Below, one piece after another: positions 31,795 through 40,380 of a stretch of 64,000 nt of DNA. Origin of the DNA: an uncultured delta proteobacterium. GTDB lineage: Bacteria > Myxococcota_A > Polyangia > Polyangiales > Polyangiaceae. Each line of letters begins with the position of its first letter. Positions within the stretch are counted from its first letter, which is position 1. The notes under the pieces were generated by a model that ran no database searches, was not told where the DNA came from, and saw nothing but the letters and a program-made list of their open reading frames with translations. The DNA lies in NCBI GenBank assembly GCA_963806225.1, contig CAWDXG010000001.1:1280001-1344000 (forward strand), in the 5' to 3' direction. A program made the position numbers and the translations under genes.

Positions 31795-34341
31795 CTATCC
31801 GCAGCTGCCGTTCGACAAGCAGCGCTGCCCGGGCGCGCAGGTCGTGGTGCCGCACGTGCAGACGCCGCTCGAACAGGTCCCGGCGCTTCCGGCGTTGCAG
31901 CTCGGGTCGCCCGAGCACACGCAGTTGCTGGAGCTGCAGCCGAAGCCCGCGGCGCATTTGCGCCCGCAGGAGCCGCAGTTGGCCGCATCGTTCGAGAGGT
32001 TCTTGCAGCCGCCGATCTGGCAGCAGACCTGACCCGAGCCACACGCGCCGCCGCCGTTGCACTGGCAGTTCCTGAGCGAGCCCGGTGTTCCCACCCAGTG
32101 GCACGTCTCGCCGGGCTTGCAGGTGATCGTGCCGCCGAAATTGTTGATGTCGCACCGGCAGACGCCTCCGTTCACGCAGCTGCCGCTGGATTGACACTGC
32201 GAGCTCGAGCTGCATCCGCAGACGTTGCCGCCGCAGGAAAAGCCCTGTGCAGTGCAGCTGTTGCTGCAGCTGCCGCAGTGCGCGTCGTTCGCTCCCTGCT
32301 CGCAGCCGTCGTCCGCCGTCGGTGCGGAAGGTTGGGAACAGTTGGAGTGACCTGGCTTGCAGATCGAATCGCAGACGCCACCGTTGCAGGACAGGCTCAA
32401 GACGTTGGCGGTCGAGCACTTGCGCCCGCAGCCGCCGCAGTTGAGCGGGTCACTGCCTACGTCGGTCTCGCACCCGTTCGCGCTGTTGCCGTCGCAGTCG
32501 CCTTTGCCGGCGGGGCACGCCGTGCACGTGGTGCTATTGCAGTACTGCAACCCGCTGCAGGCGTTGCTGCAACTGCCGCAGTGCTTGCTGTTGCTGGTCG
32601 TGACCGTCTCGCAGCCGTCGTCCGGGGTCGGCGAGGCTGGCTGGAGGCAGTTGCCGTGCCCGGAATTGCACGTCGAGTTGCACGTGCCGCCGGAGCAGGA
32701 TCGAGCCGCGACCTGGGTGGACGAGCACTTCCGGCCGCAGACGCCGCAGTTGTCCGGGTCGATGTTGACATCGGTCTCGCAACCGTCGTCCCCGGCGGGC
32801 GGCGAGGGCTGCGTGCAGTTGTTGTAGCCCGCCTGGCAGAGTGAATCGCACTTGCCCAGCGAACACGAGCGCGACGAGACGTGGTTCCCCGAGCACTTGC
32901 GTCCGCAGGCGCCGCAGTTGTCCGCGTCGAACGACACGGGCGTCTCGCAACCGTTGTCCGCGGCTGGAGCCGTGGGCGTCGAGCAGTCACCGTAACCGGA
33001 AACGCAGTTCGGGCTGCACGCTCCGCCGGAGCAGGCGAGGGTCTGCACGTTGTTCCCTGCGCAGACATGCCCACAGGCACCGCAGTTGCCGGTACTGGAG
33101 CCGAGATTTGTCTCGCAGCCGTTGTCGAGCGTCGGAGCGTAGGGCTGCGTGCAGTTGCCCCACCCGCTGGTGCACGTGGAGTCGCAACGGCCTGCCGAGC
33201 ACGAGGCCGTAGCGATGTGGCTCGTGGAACACTTCCGGCTGCAGGCGCCGCAGTTGTTGGGGCTCGACCCCAGGTCCGTCTCGCAGCCGTTGTCCGCCGT
33301 GGGAGCGCTGGGCGAGCTGCAGTCGCCATAGCCCGGGCTGCAGCTCGGGCTGCAGACGCCGCCGCTGCACGACTCCGAGGTCGCGTGGTTGGTCGAGCAG
33401 GCCCGCTTGCAGGTGCCGCAGTTCTGGGCGTCGATGAGCAGATTGGTTTCGCAACCGTTCGCGGCGACGCCATCGCAGTCCGCGTAGCCGGACTTGCAGC
33501 TTCCGATCGCGCAGTGGCCGGTGGCGTCGCACTTGCCGGTGGCGTTGTTGAGCGTGCAGGTGTTCCCGCAAAATCCGCAGTTCGGCACCTTGGTGAGATC
33601 GGCTTCGCAGACCGTGCCCGGGTTTCCGTCGCACTCCGCTGTGCCGGATGGGCAGGTGTTCGTCTTGCAGGCTCCAGCCGTACATGTCTCGTTCTGGGCG
33701 CAGGAGTTGCTGCACGAGCCGCAGTGCTGGGGGTCCGCGTCGGTCTTGCTTTCGCAGCCGTCGACTGGATCGGAGTTGCAGTCCTCGTAGTTCGCGTCGC
33801 ACGTGCCGACTGCGCACGCTCCTGCCGCGCAGCTTGCGGTGGCGTTGGGTTCTACGCACTTGTTCCCGCAGGTCCCGCAGTTGGCGGTGTCCGTCTTGAG
33901 ATCCGTCTCGCAGCCATCTGACGGATCGCTGTTGCAGTCCGCGAAGCCGGCGTCACAGCTCGCGATCGCGCATTTGCCCGTCGAGTCGCAGCTGGGCGTG
34001 GCGTGCGGAATGCTGCACGGTGAACAGTTCGGCGATGCGCAGCCGAACGCGGAGTTCGTTTCCAGCACGCACGAGGTCCCGCAGAGCTTCGTGCCAAGCC
34101 CGCAGACCGGTCCGTCGGGGGGCGCGTCGGACGGTGCGTCCAGCGGCGCGTCCGGCGACGCATCCGCGCCGCCGTCCGTGCCACCGGCGGACACGTCGGC
34201 GCCATCCCCGCCCGCGGCGCCATCGACGAGGGCCGCGTCTCCGCTCGCGCCGCCGTTGCCGATGGTGAAGCTGTCGAAGTTCTGTGTGCAGCCGACCGCG
34301 AGTCCGAGGCCGAGAGCGAGCGCGATTGCAAAGCGTCGCAT
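31795..34341 (-). CDS. Cys-rich repeat lipoprotein (848 aa)
   Basis: Lipobox LAVGC; repeated DxxxxxDNGCET...NCGxCGxKC modules. Confidence 0.88.
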   Translation of the reverse strand: MRRFAIALALGLGLAVGCTQNFDSFTIGNGGASGDAALVDGAAGGDGADVSAGGTDGGADASPDAPLDAPSDAPPDGPVCGLGTKLCGTSCVLETNSAFGCASPNCSPCSIPHATPSCDSTGKCAIASCDAGFADCNSDPSDGCETDLKTDTANCGTCGNKCVEPNATASCAAGACAVGTCDANYEDCNSDPVDGCESKTDADPQHCGSCSNSCAQNETCTAGACKTNTCPSGTAECDGNPGTVCEADLTKVPNCGFCGNTCTLNNATGKCDATGHCAIGSCKSGYADCDGVAANGCETNLLIDAQNCGTCKRACSTNHATSESCSGGVCSPSCSPGYGDCSSPSAPTADNGCETDLGSSPNNCGACSRKCSTSHIATASCSAGRCDSTCTSGWGNCTQPYAPTLDNGCETNLGSSTGNCGACGHVCAGNNVQTLACSGGACSPNCVSGYGDCSTPTAPAADNGCETPVSFDADNCGACGRKCSGNHVSSRSCSLGKCDSLCQAGYNNCTQPSPPAGDDGCETDVNIDPDNCGVCGRKCSSTQVAARSCSGGTCNSTCNSGHGNCLQPASPTPDDGCETVTTSNSKHCGSCSNACSGLQYCNSTTCTACPAGKGDCDGNSANGCETDVGSDPLNCGGCGRKCSTANVLSLSCNGGVCDSICKPGHSNCSQPSAPTADDGCEQGANDAHCGSCSNSCTAQGFSCGGNVCGCSSSSQCQSSGSCVNGGVCRCDINNFGGTITCKPGETCHWVGTPGSLRNCQCNGGGACGSGQVCCQIGGCKNLSNDAANCGSCGRKCAAGFGCSSSNCVCSGDPSCNAGSAGTCSSGVCTCGTTTCAPGQRCLSNGSCG

Positions 34342-35399
34342 CAGAACGTCCCTCCGACCGCGACCGATCCTGGCCCTGCGCTGAGCTCCAGCTCTTTTGC
34401 TGTGTCCTGGCGAGGCGACGATTGCTTCAGGTCGATCACGAACAGGGCGACTCCTGCACCCAGTCCGACGATCCCGACACCGAGACCGACGTTGGCGATG
34501 GTCTGCTGGGTCTTCCCCTTGTCGATGTCCCCGGCCTGTGCGGGTGAGCAGACGTGAGCCTTGCATGTGGCGTCGAGATGGCTGTACGTCGAGTGCGACA
34601 TCGCCCCCGCGATCGCGAAGGTCGCGAGCCCCGCGACGCCGACGCCCCCCGCGATGTACGCGTACGGGCGCAACGCGTGCTTCCGCCCGGTTCCGGTATC
34701 GCCGGGGCCGGACGTGCCGGGAGCTGCTGCGTGGTGCACCGGAGGCGGCAGTGGAGCGCCGGCGTTGTCCATCATGTCGTTCGAGACATCGAACTTGACG
34801 CGCGTCACCTTCCCGACGCTCGCGGTGACGGTGCGCCACGCGCGACGGCCTCCGGTCACGCGCGCGGTCACATCCACCGAGCCTGGCTTGACGGCGATGG
34901 CGTGCCAGCGCGCGTGCGGAACCTCGCGGGACCCCACGTAGAGCGTCACCGCCGAGGGATCGCCCTGTAATTCCACGGAAATCGCCGCTACCTTCTTCAG
35001 CACGCTCTTCTTCTCGGCCTCGGCCGACTCCGCGGCGGTAGCGTAGCGCGGGAGCTTGACCGCGAGCTTGCCCGCTTCGTCCTGTGTGAGGGCGAACTCC
35101 TCGTATGCGCGGCCGTATTCGCCTGCCTCGCGCAGGGCGCGGGCGAACATCATGTGCGAATTGGGGCTGGCGACGACCTGGTAGGAGGCCTGGAAGGCCT
35201 GTGCTGCGTGGCTGTAGTCGCCCGCCTTGTACTCCTTGACCCCCTGCTCGTAGCGGGTCTGCGCCCGGGACTTTTCGGCGGGGGAGGCCGATTCGGGGTT
35301 GGCGCCGGTTGCGAGCGCCGGCGTCGGCACCAGGAGGATCGAGAGCCCGCATGCTACACGCGCTGCGCAGCGAACGACCCGGGGGCGGGGGCAAGCCAT
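34341..35399 (-). CDS. TPR plus PEGA-like protein with C-terminal Gly-rich hydrophobic hairpin and terminal Phe
   Basis: Signal peptide, TPR-like AQTRYEQGVKEYKAGDY..., beta domain, GGVGVAG and GLGVGIVGLGAG helices, ends SVAVGGTF. Confidence 0.75.
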   Translation of the reverse strand: MACPRPRVVRCAARVACGLSILLVPTPALATGANPESASPAEKSRAQTRYEQGVKEYKAGDYSHAAQAFQASYQVVASPNSHMMFARALREAGEYGRAYEEFALTQDEAGKLAVKLPRYATAAESAEAEKKSVLKKVAAISVELQGDPSAVTLYVGSREVPHARWHAIAVKPGSVDVTARVTGGRRAWRTVTASVGKVTRVKFDVSNDMMDNAGAPLPPPVHHAAAPGTSGPGDTGTGRKHALRPYAYIAGGVGVAGLATFAIAGAMSHSTYSHLDATCKAHVCSPAQAGDIDKGKTQQTIANVGLGVGIVGLGAGVALFVIDLKQSSPRQDTAKELELSAGPGSVAVGGTF

Positions 35400-35475
35400 C
35401 CCGGGTATCCTACCACGCTCGACCGCCTGGCCGATCCTGGCTTTGCGCCGTTCGGGCCGCTATAACGGAACGCTG

Positions 35476-36123
35476 GTGACCAGGACGCCCCCAGAGCCGC
35501 CGGACGAGGAACTCGACGAGCTGGATGACGAGGCGATTGTCGCCCAGCAGTCTGCGGCACACGCGCCCCAGCGTCGGGCCCAGGTGAAGCTGGAGAGCCG
35601 CAGTGTCGTCGTCGCGGACGACGACACCGAGGCGACCCGGCAGCTCGAGGTCTACACCGAGGGCAGCTCGGATCCGACGCTTGTCGTGCGGGATCGGGAG
35701 CGCCACGCACTGGCGCAGGCAGTCCGGGATCTGCCCTCGAGCCAGACTGGAAAGAAGTCGCGTGTCGCGCTCGCGATCTGGGGCGCCGCGGGGCTCCTCG
35801 CTTTCGGTCTGGGGGCTGTGCTTGCGACGGTGCGTGGTGGCGCCACCCCCTCGGTCGTGAAGGTGTCGCCGGCCGCCAGCCCAGCCTCGCACCAGCCCGT
35901 GGCCGTCAGCCCCCCGGTTGCTGCCCAGGTCACCTCGCGCGACGCGGCGGTCCCCTCGGCGTCCGCCGCGGAGCCTGCGCTGGATCTGGATCAGCTTCCG
36001 GTAGAGCGGGGCCACAAGGCCAAGGTGCGCTCGGGACAGCAGGTGCGTCCGAAGCGTGCGCGCCCGAAGCCATCGACGCCTGCTACCGCGCCCGAGAAGG
36101 GCGCCATTCCTTCCGGGATTTGA
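35476..36123 (+). CDS. Single-TM hypothetical protein with Pro/Ala-rich C-terminus
   Basis: Acidic N-terminus, TM IWGAAGLLAFGLGAVL, LDLDQLP motif; GTG at 35476. Confidence 0.65.
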   Translation: MTRTPPEPPDEELDELDDEAIVAQQSAAHAPQRRAQVKLESRSVVVADDDTEATRQLEVYTEGSSDPTLVVRDRERHALAQAVRDLPSSQTGKKSRVALAIWGAAGLLAFGLGAVLATVRGGATPSVVKVSPAASPASHQPVAVSPPVAAQVTSRDAAVPSASAAEPALDLDQLPVERGHKAKVRSGQQVRPKRARPKPSTPATAPEKGAIPSGI

Positions 36124-36198
36124 CCCCCGGCACGCCAGGGGTGGCGGCGTGCCGCGCTTGGGTCTAGGCTGGCCGCGCTTGCCGGGGAGGGCTTTGTC

Positions 36199-36507
36199 AT
36201 GCGCGTCTCCACCGCGTCCGTGTTTGTCTCCATCCTTGTCGTGGCGCCCTGCGCCGCACTCGTCTCCACCAGCACGCCCGCCCAGGCGGCGGCCCGGGGG
36301 GGCGCATACCGTGTCGGGATGCAGCTGCGCGCGCGGGACGATTGCACCATCCAGGGCTACGCCGTGAAGAAAGGCGTGGTGCTGGCCGTGCTGTCTGTGC
36401 ACCGCGACGACGACGGCAAGGAAGTCGCGCTTGATCTGGGCTTCAGGGGCATGACGATCCGGGGGGTCGACGTGCGCACGATCGCCAGCCACTTCAAGCG
36501 CACGTGA
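36199..36507 (+). CDS. Small secreted hypothetical protein
   Basis: Signal peptide ending PAQA; short beta-rich domain. Confidence 0.6.
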   Translation: MRVSTASVFVSILVVAPCAALVSTSTPAQAAARGGAYRVGMQLRARDDCTIQGYAVKKGVVLAVLSVHRDDDGKEVALDLGFRGMTIRGVDVRTIASHFKRT

Positions 36508-36575
36508 TCGAACCAGCAGGCGGGCGCCCGGGCGCGCTGTTTCACAATCGCCCCGGCTGACCTAGGCTGGCCGAC

Positions 36576-37947
36576 GTGGATCTCCGCAGCTTGCCCAGGG
36601 TGGACCGCGTCGTGGCGGCTCCGGCGCTCGCTTCCTCCCGCGCGGCACTGGGCACGCGCACCGTGACTGGCATCGCCCGCGAAGTCATCGCCGGATACCG
36701 CGAGCTGGTTCGCGCTGGACAGCCGGCGCCGTCGGAGGCGGAGGTGGTCGAGGCGGTGCTCGGTGCCGCTCGGCGGCGCCTCGGGCAGCGCCTCGAAGCG
36801 GTGGTCAACGCGACCGGGGTGCTGCTGCATACGAACCTGGGACGGGCGCCGCTACCCGCGTCATCCCTCGAGCGCATGCTCGAGGTGGCGCGCGGCTACT
36901 GTGCGCTCGAGTTCGATCTGGAGCTCGGGGTGCGGTCGCGGCGTGGTGCGGCCATCGACGCGCGGCTCGCGGAGCTGGTCGGAGCAGACGCCGCGCTGGT
37001 CGTGAACAACAACGCCGCGGCTGTGCTGCTGGCGCTCGGCGCGCTGGCTTCCGGTCGCGAGGTCGTGGTCTCGCGCGGCGAGCTGGTCGAAATCGGTGGG
37101 GGGTTCCGCATCCCGGAGGTCCTGCAGCGCTCCGGCGCCCGGCTGGTCGAGGTAGGGACCACCAACCGCACTCGTGTCGAGGACTACGTCGCGGCTTTCT
37201 CGGACCGTACAGCCGGCGTGCTCAGGGTGCACCCGAGCAACTTCACGATGAGCGGGTTCGCGGAACGACCCGCGCTCTCCCGGCTCGCGAACGCGGTGCA
37301 CGAGCACGGGTTGATCTCTGATCAAGGACCTCGGCGGGGGGCTGGTCACCGGTCTTCCGGAATCGATTGCCGCGCCGGCGCGCGATGCCGAACCCAGTGT
37401 GCAACGATGCCTGGGCGCTGGCGCCGACCTGGTGTGCTTCAGCCTGGACAAGCTCTTCGGCGGCCCGCAGGGCGGCGTCGTGGTCGGTGCGGCCGAGCTG
37501 GTGGATCGTCTCCGGGGTGACCCGTTGGCTCGTGCGCTTCGCGTCGGGAAGTCGACGCTGGCCGCGCTGGAGCCGGTGGTGGAAGCGTACGCGCGTGAGG
37601 ACATCGAAAGCATTCCGCTCCACGCGATGCTGCGCGCCCCGCTGGGCCGATTGAGGGAGAGGGTCGAGGGCTGGCAGAGCGAGCTGGGGACGGCAGCGCG
37701 TCACACGCGCGTCGTGGACAGCGAGGCTACGGTCGGTGGCGGCACCCTGGCCGGAGCTGTGCTTCCGTCTGTCGCATTGGAAATCACCTCCGGGTCGCCC
37801 GACACGCTAGCCCGCGAGCTTCGCATCGCTCGACCCGCCGTTGTCGGAAGGGTGTCCGGGGGAGCTCTGCTGCTGGATGCCCGGACCGTCCTGCCAGCGC
37901 AGGATCCAGCGGTCGCAGCTGCTCTCTGCCAAGTGTTGTCGGCGTGA
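36576..37947 (+). CDS. selA: L-seryl-tRNA(Sec) selenium transferase (frameshift near 37318)
   Basis: VNATGVLLHTNLGRAPL, VNNNAAA, SRGELVEIGGGFRIPE, EVGTTNRT, VHPSNF, DKLFGGPQGG. Confidence 0.95.
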
Positions 37948-37983
37948 CGCACTCTCCGCGGGAGCGACGCCGGACTGCGGCGC

Positions 37984-38012
37984 TCGAAGCAGGTTGCTGG
38001 CCGTAGTAGGGT
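37984..38012 (+). promoter_or_regulatory. Putative sigma70-type promoter for a leaderless mRNA
   Basis: TCGAAG-N17-TAGGGT-N7-ATG; same layout at 40345-40373. Confidence 0.55.
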
Positions 38013-38019
38013 GCTACCC

Positions 38020-40254
38020 ATGCGTCGCTTGTCCTGGCTTGTTCTACTGATCTGTATCGGGGTGGTCGCGTGCAGCATCAACACGGAGGCGACCGGCACC
38101 GGGTCGGACCCCGACGCAGGCGCGGCCGGCGGGATGGGAGGAACGGGCGGCGGAGGCGCAGCGGGCACCGGAGGCGGAGCGGACTGCTTCCCCTCGCAGG
38201 ACCAGAAGTTCTGCGGTGGCCAGAGCTGCCCGTACAAGGACGACCCCTCGCACGGCTGCGCGACGACCTCGTGTGCCCCGTGCTCGCTGCCCAACGCCAT
38301 CGCCGATTGCGCGTCCAGCGGCAGCTGTGATGTCCAGAGCTGCAACCCTGGCTTCAGCGATTGTGACGCCGCTGCCGGCGACGGGTGCGAGGTCAACACC
38401 GACGCCGACCCGCACAACTGCGGGGGCTGCGGTCAGGACTGCTTCACGCCGGGAGATTCCACGAACTGGGACTGTATCTCGGGCAGCTGCAAGGTCTCCA
38501 AGTGTCCTCTGGGTCGCGGCGACTGCAACCAGGACCCAAACGACAAGTGCGAGGTCGACCTGACCTCGGATCCCGACAACTGCAGCTTCTGCGGTGGCAT
38601 CTGCGCGGCCACCGTGCAGCACGCCACGCCCTCGTGCACAGCCGGAAAGTGTGGCTACTCCAAGTGCGAGCCCGGGTGGGCCGATTGTGACGGGAACCCG
38701 GTCAACGGCTGCGAGCAGGACGTTGCTTCGGACCCGACCCACTGCGGCAGCTGCAACACCGTGTGCAACACGACGAACGGCAAGGCGGCCTGCGTGGCCG
38801 GGCAGTGCGCGATCACGTGCAACCCCGGATACGGTAACTGTAATGGCATTGCCAGCGACGGCTGTGAGACCAATCTGGACACGAACACGAGTCACTGTGG
38901 CAACTGCTCGACCGCATGCAGCACGAACCACGCGACGCCGACGTGCAGCAGCGGAAAGTGCGCGCTGACCTGCCAGGGCAGTTGGCGCGACTGCAACGGC
39001 GTGGTGTCCGACGGCTGCGAAGCCAATCTGGATACCAATCCGAACCACTGCGGCAGCTGCGCGAAAGCGTGCAGCACGAACAACGCGACGCCAACCTGTA
39101 GCGGCGGATTATGTGTGCTGTCCTGCAAGGGGGCCTGGCGCGACTGCAACGGCACGGAATCCGACGGTTGCGAGATCAACACGGGCACGGACGTGAGCCA
39201 CTGTGGCGGCTGCTCGTCTGCGTGCAGTGGCAATCACGGTACCCCGTCCTGCAGCGGCGGAGCCTGTAGCATCAAGTGCAGCAGTGGGTACGGCAACTGC
39301 GACGGCAATGCCAGCAACGGCTGCGAGACCAACACGACGAACAGCACGGGCAACTGCGGCGCCTGCAACTACAAGTGCGGCGACCACGTGCAGAACGCCA
39401 GCGGGGTCGCCTGCTCGGGCAGCGCGTGCACCTACACCGGCTCCTGCAGCAGCGGTTTCGGGGACTGCACGGGCGGCAAGGTCGACGGCTGCGAGACTCC
39501 GCTGAACACGACAACGAACTGCGCGGGGTGCGGCACGGCGTGCAGCCCTGCGCATGGCACGGGTACCTGCAGCACCGGAACCTGCGCGATCGCGAGTTGT
39601 ACGGCTCCGTACAAGGATTGCAGCGGCGGCGTGGGCAATGGTTGCGAGACGAACACCAGCAGCAGCACGGACAATTGCGGCGCCTGCGGCTACATGTGCA
39701 GCGCCCACGTGCAGAACGCCAGCGGGGTTGCCTGTTCGGGCAGCGCGTGCACGTACACCGGCTCCTGCAGCAGCGGTTTCGGGGACTGCACGGGCGGCAA
39801 GGCCGACGGCTGCGAAACGCCGCTGGACACCACGTCGAACTGCGGATCCTGCGGCAACAACTGCACGACGAATGTAGTCCACGCGAGCGGTGTGGCGTGC
39901 GGCGCGGGCGGGACCTGCACGTACACTGGCTCCTGCAGCGCGGGCTGGGAGGATTGCATTGGGGGCAAGGCCGACGGTTGCGAGACAGATCTGACGGCGG
40001 TGACCACGTGCGGGAGCTGCAGCAACGACTGTACGGCAAAGGTCGCGCACGCAAGCGGGGTGACGTGTGAGGCGGGGGGCACATGCAGCTACACCGGCGC
40101 CTGCGCGGCGAACTGGGATGACTGCAACAAGGACAAGACCGACGGCTGCGAGACGGATCTAACCACGGACACCGATTGCGGAGTGTGTGGCGGCAAGTGC
40201 GTCGGCGGGCTGTCCTGCAAGCAGAGCGCCGGCGTCTACGCCTGTTCCCCGTGA
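38020..40254 (+). CDS. Cys-rich repeat lipoprotein, paralog 1
   Basis: Lipobox VVAC; roughly 15 DCxGxxxDGCE...CGxC repeats. Confidence 0.9.
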   Translation: MRRLSWLVLLICIGVVACSINTEATGTGSDPDAGAAGGMGGTGGGGAAGTGGGADCFPSQDQKFCGGQSCPYKDDPSHGCATTSCAPCSLPNAIADCASSGSCDVQSCNPGFSDCDAAAGDGCEVNTDADPHNCGGCGQDCFTPGDSTNWDCISGSCKVSKCPLGRGDCNQDPNDKCEVDLTSDPDNCSFCGGICAATVQHATPSCTAGKCGYSKCEPGWADCDGNPVNGCEQDVASDPTHCGSCNTVCNTTNGKAACVAGQCAITCNPGYGNCNGIASDGCETNLDTNTSHCGNCSTACSTNHATPTCSSGKCALTCQGSWRDCNGVVSDGCEANLDTNPNHCGSCAKACSTNNATPTCSGGLCVLSCKGAWRDCNGTESDGCEINTGTDVSHCGGCSSACSGNHGTPSCSGGACSIKCSSGYGNCDGNASNGCETNTTNSTGNCGACNYKCGDHVQNASGVACSGSACTYTGSCSSGFGDCTGGKVDGCETPLNTTTNCAGCGTACSPAHGTGTCSTGTCAIASCTAPYKDCSGGVGNGCETNTSSSTDNCGACGYMCSAHVQNASGVACSGSACTYTGSCSSGFGDCTGGKADGCETPLDTTSNCGSCGNNCTTNVVHASGVACGAGGTCTYTGSCSAGWEDCIGGKADGCETDLTAVTTCGSCSNDCTAKVAHASGVTCEAGGTCSYTGACAANWDDCNKDKTDGCETDLTTDTDCGVCGGKCVGGLSCKQSAGVYACSP
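39385..39830 (+). repeat. Recent internal duplication of about 125 bp, copies 321 bp apart
   Basis: CACGTGCAGAACGCCAGCGGGGT...GACGGCTGCGA starts at 39385 and 39706, with few, mostly synonymous differences. Confidence 0.85.
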
Positions 40255-40344
40255 GCCACGCCGCGGCGCGGCATCCAGCGCTTTTGCTGGAAATCGGTCG
40301 GCCGGGCGCAGCGCCGGGCAGAAAGGCCCCATCGCCAGGCCCGC

Positions 40345-40373
40345 TCGAAGTACGCGCAGCTCTGTAGTACAGT
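40345..40373 (+). promoter_or_regulatory. Putative sigma70-type promoter for a leaderless mRNA (paralog copy)
   Basis: TCGAAG-N17-TACAGT-N7-ATG. Confidence 0.55.
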
Positions 40374-40380
40374 TGTCGGC

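Noticed and set aside
31795..35394. 1199-aa ORF
   Set aside because: The first 350 aa are a shadow of the TPR/PEGA gene; the real start is the lipoprotein signal at 34341
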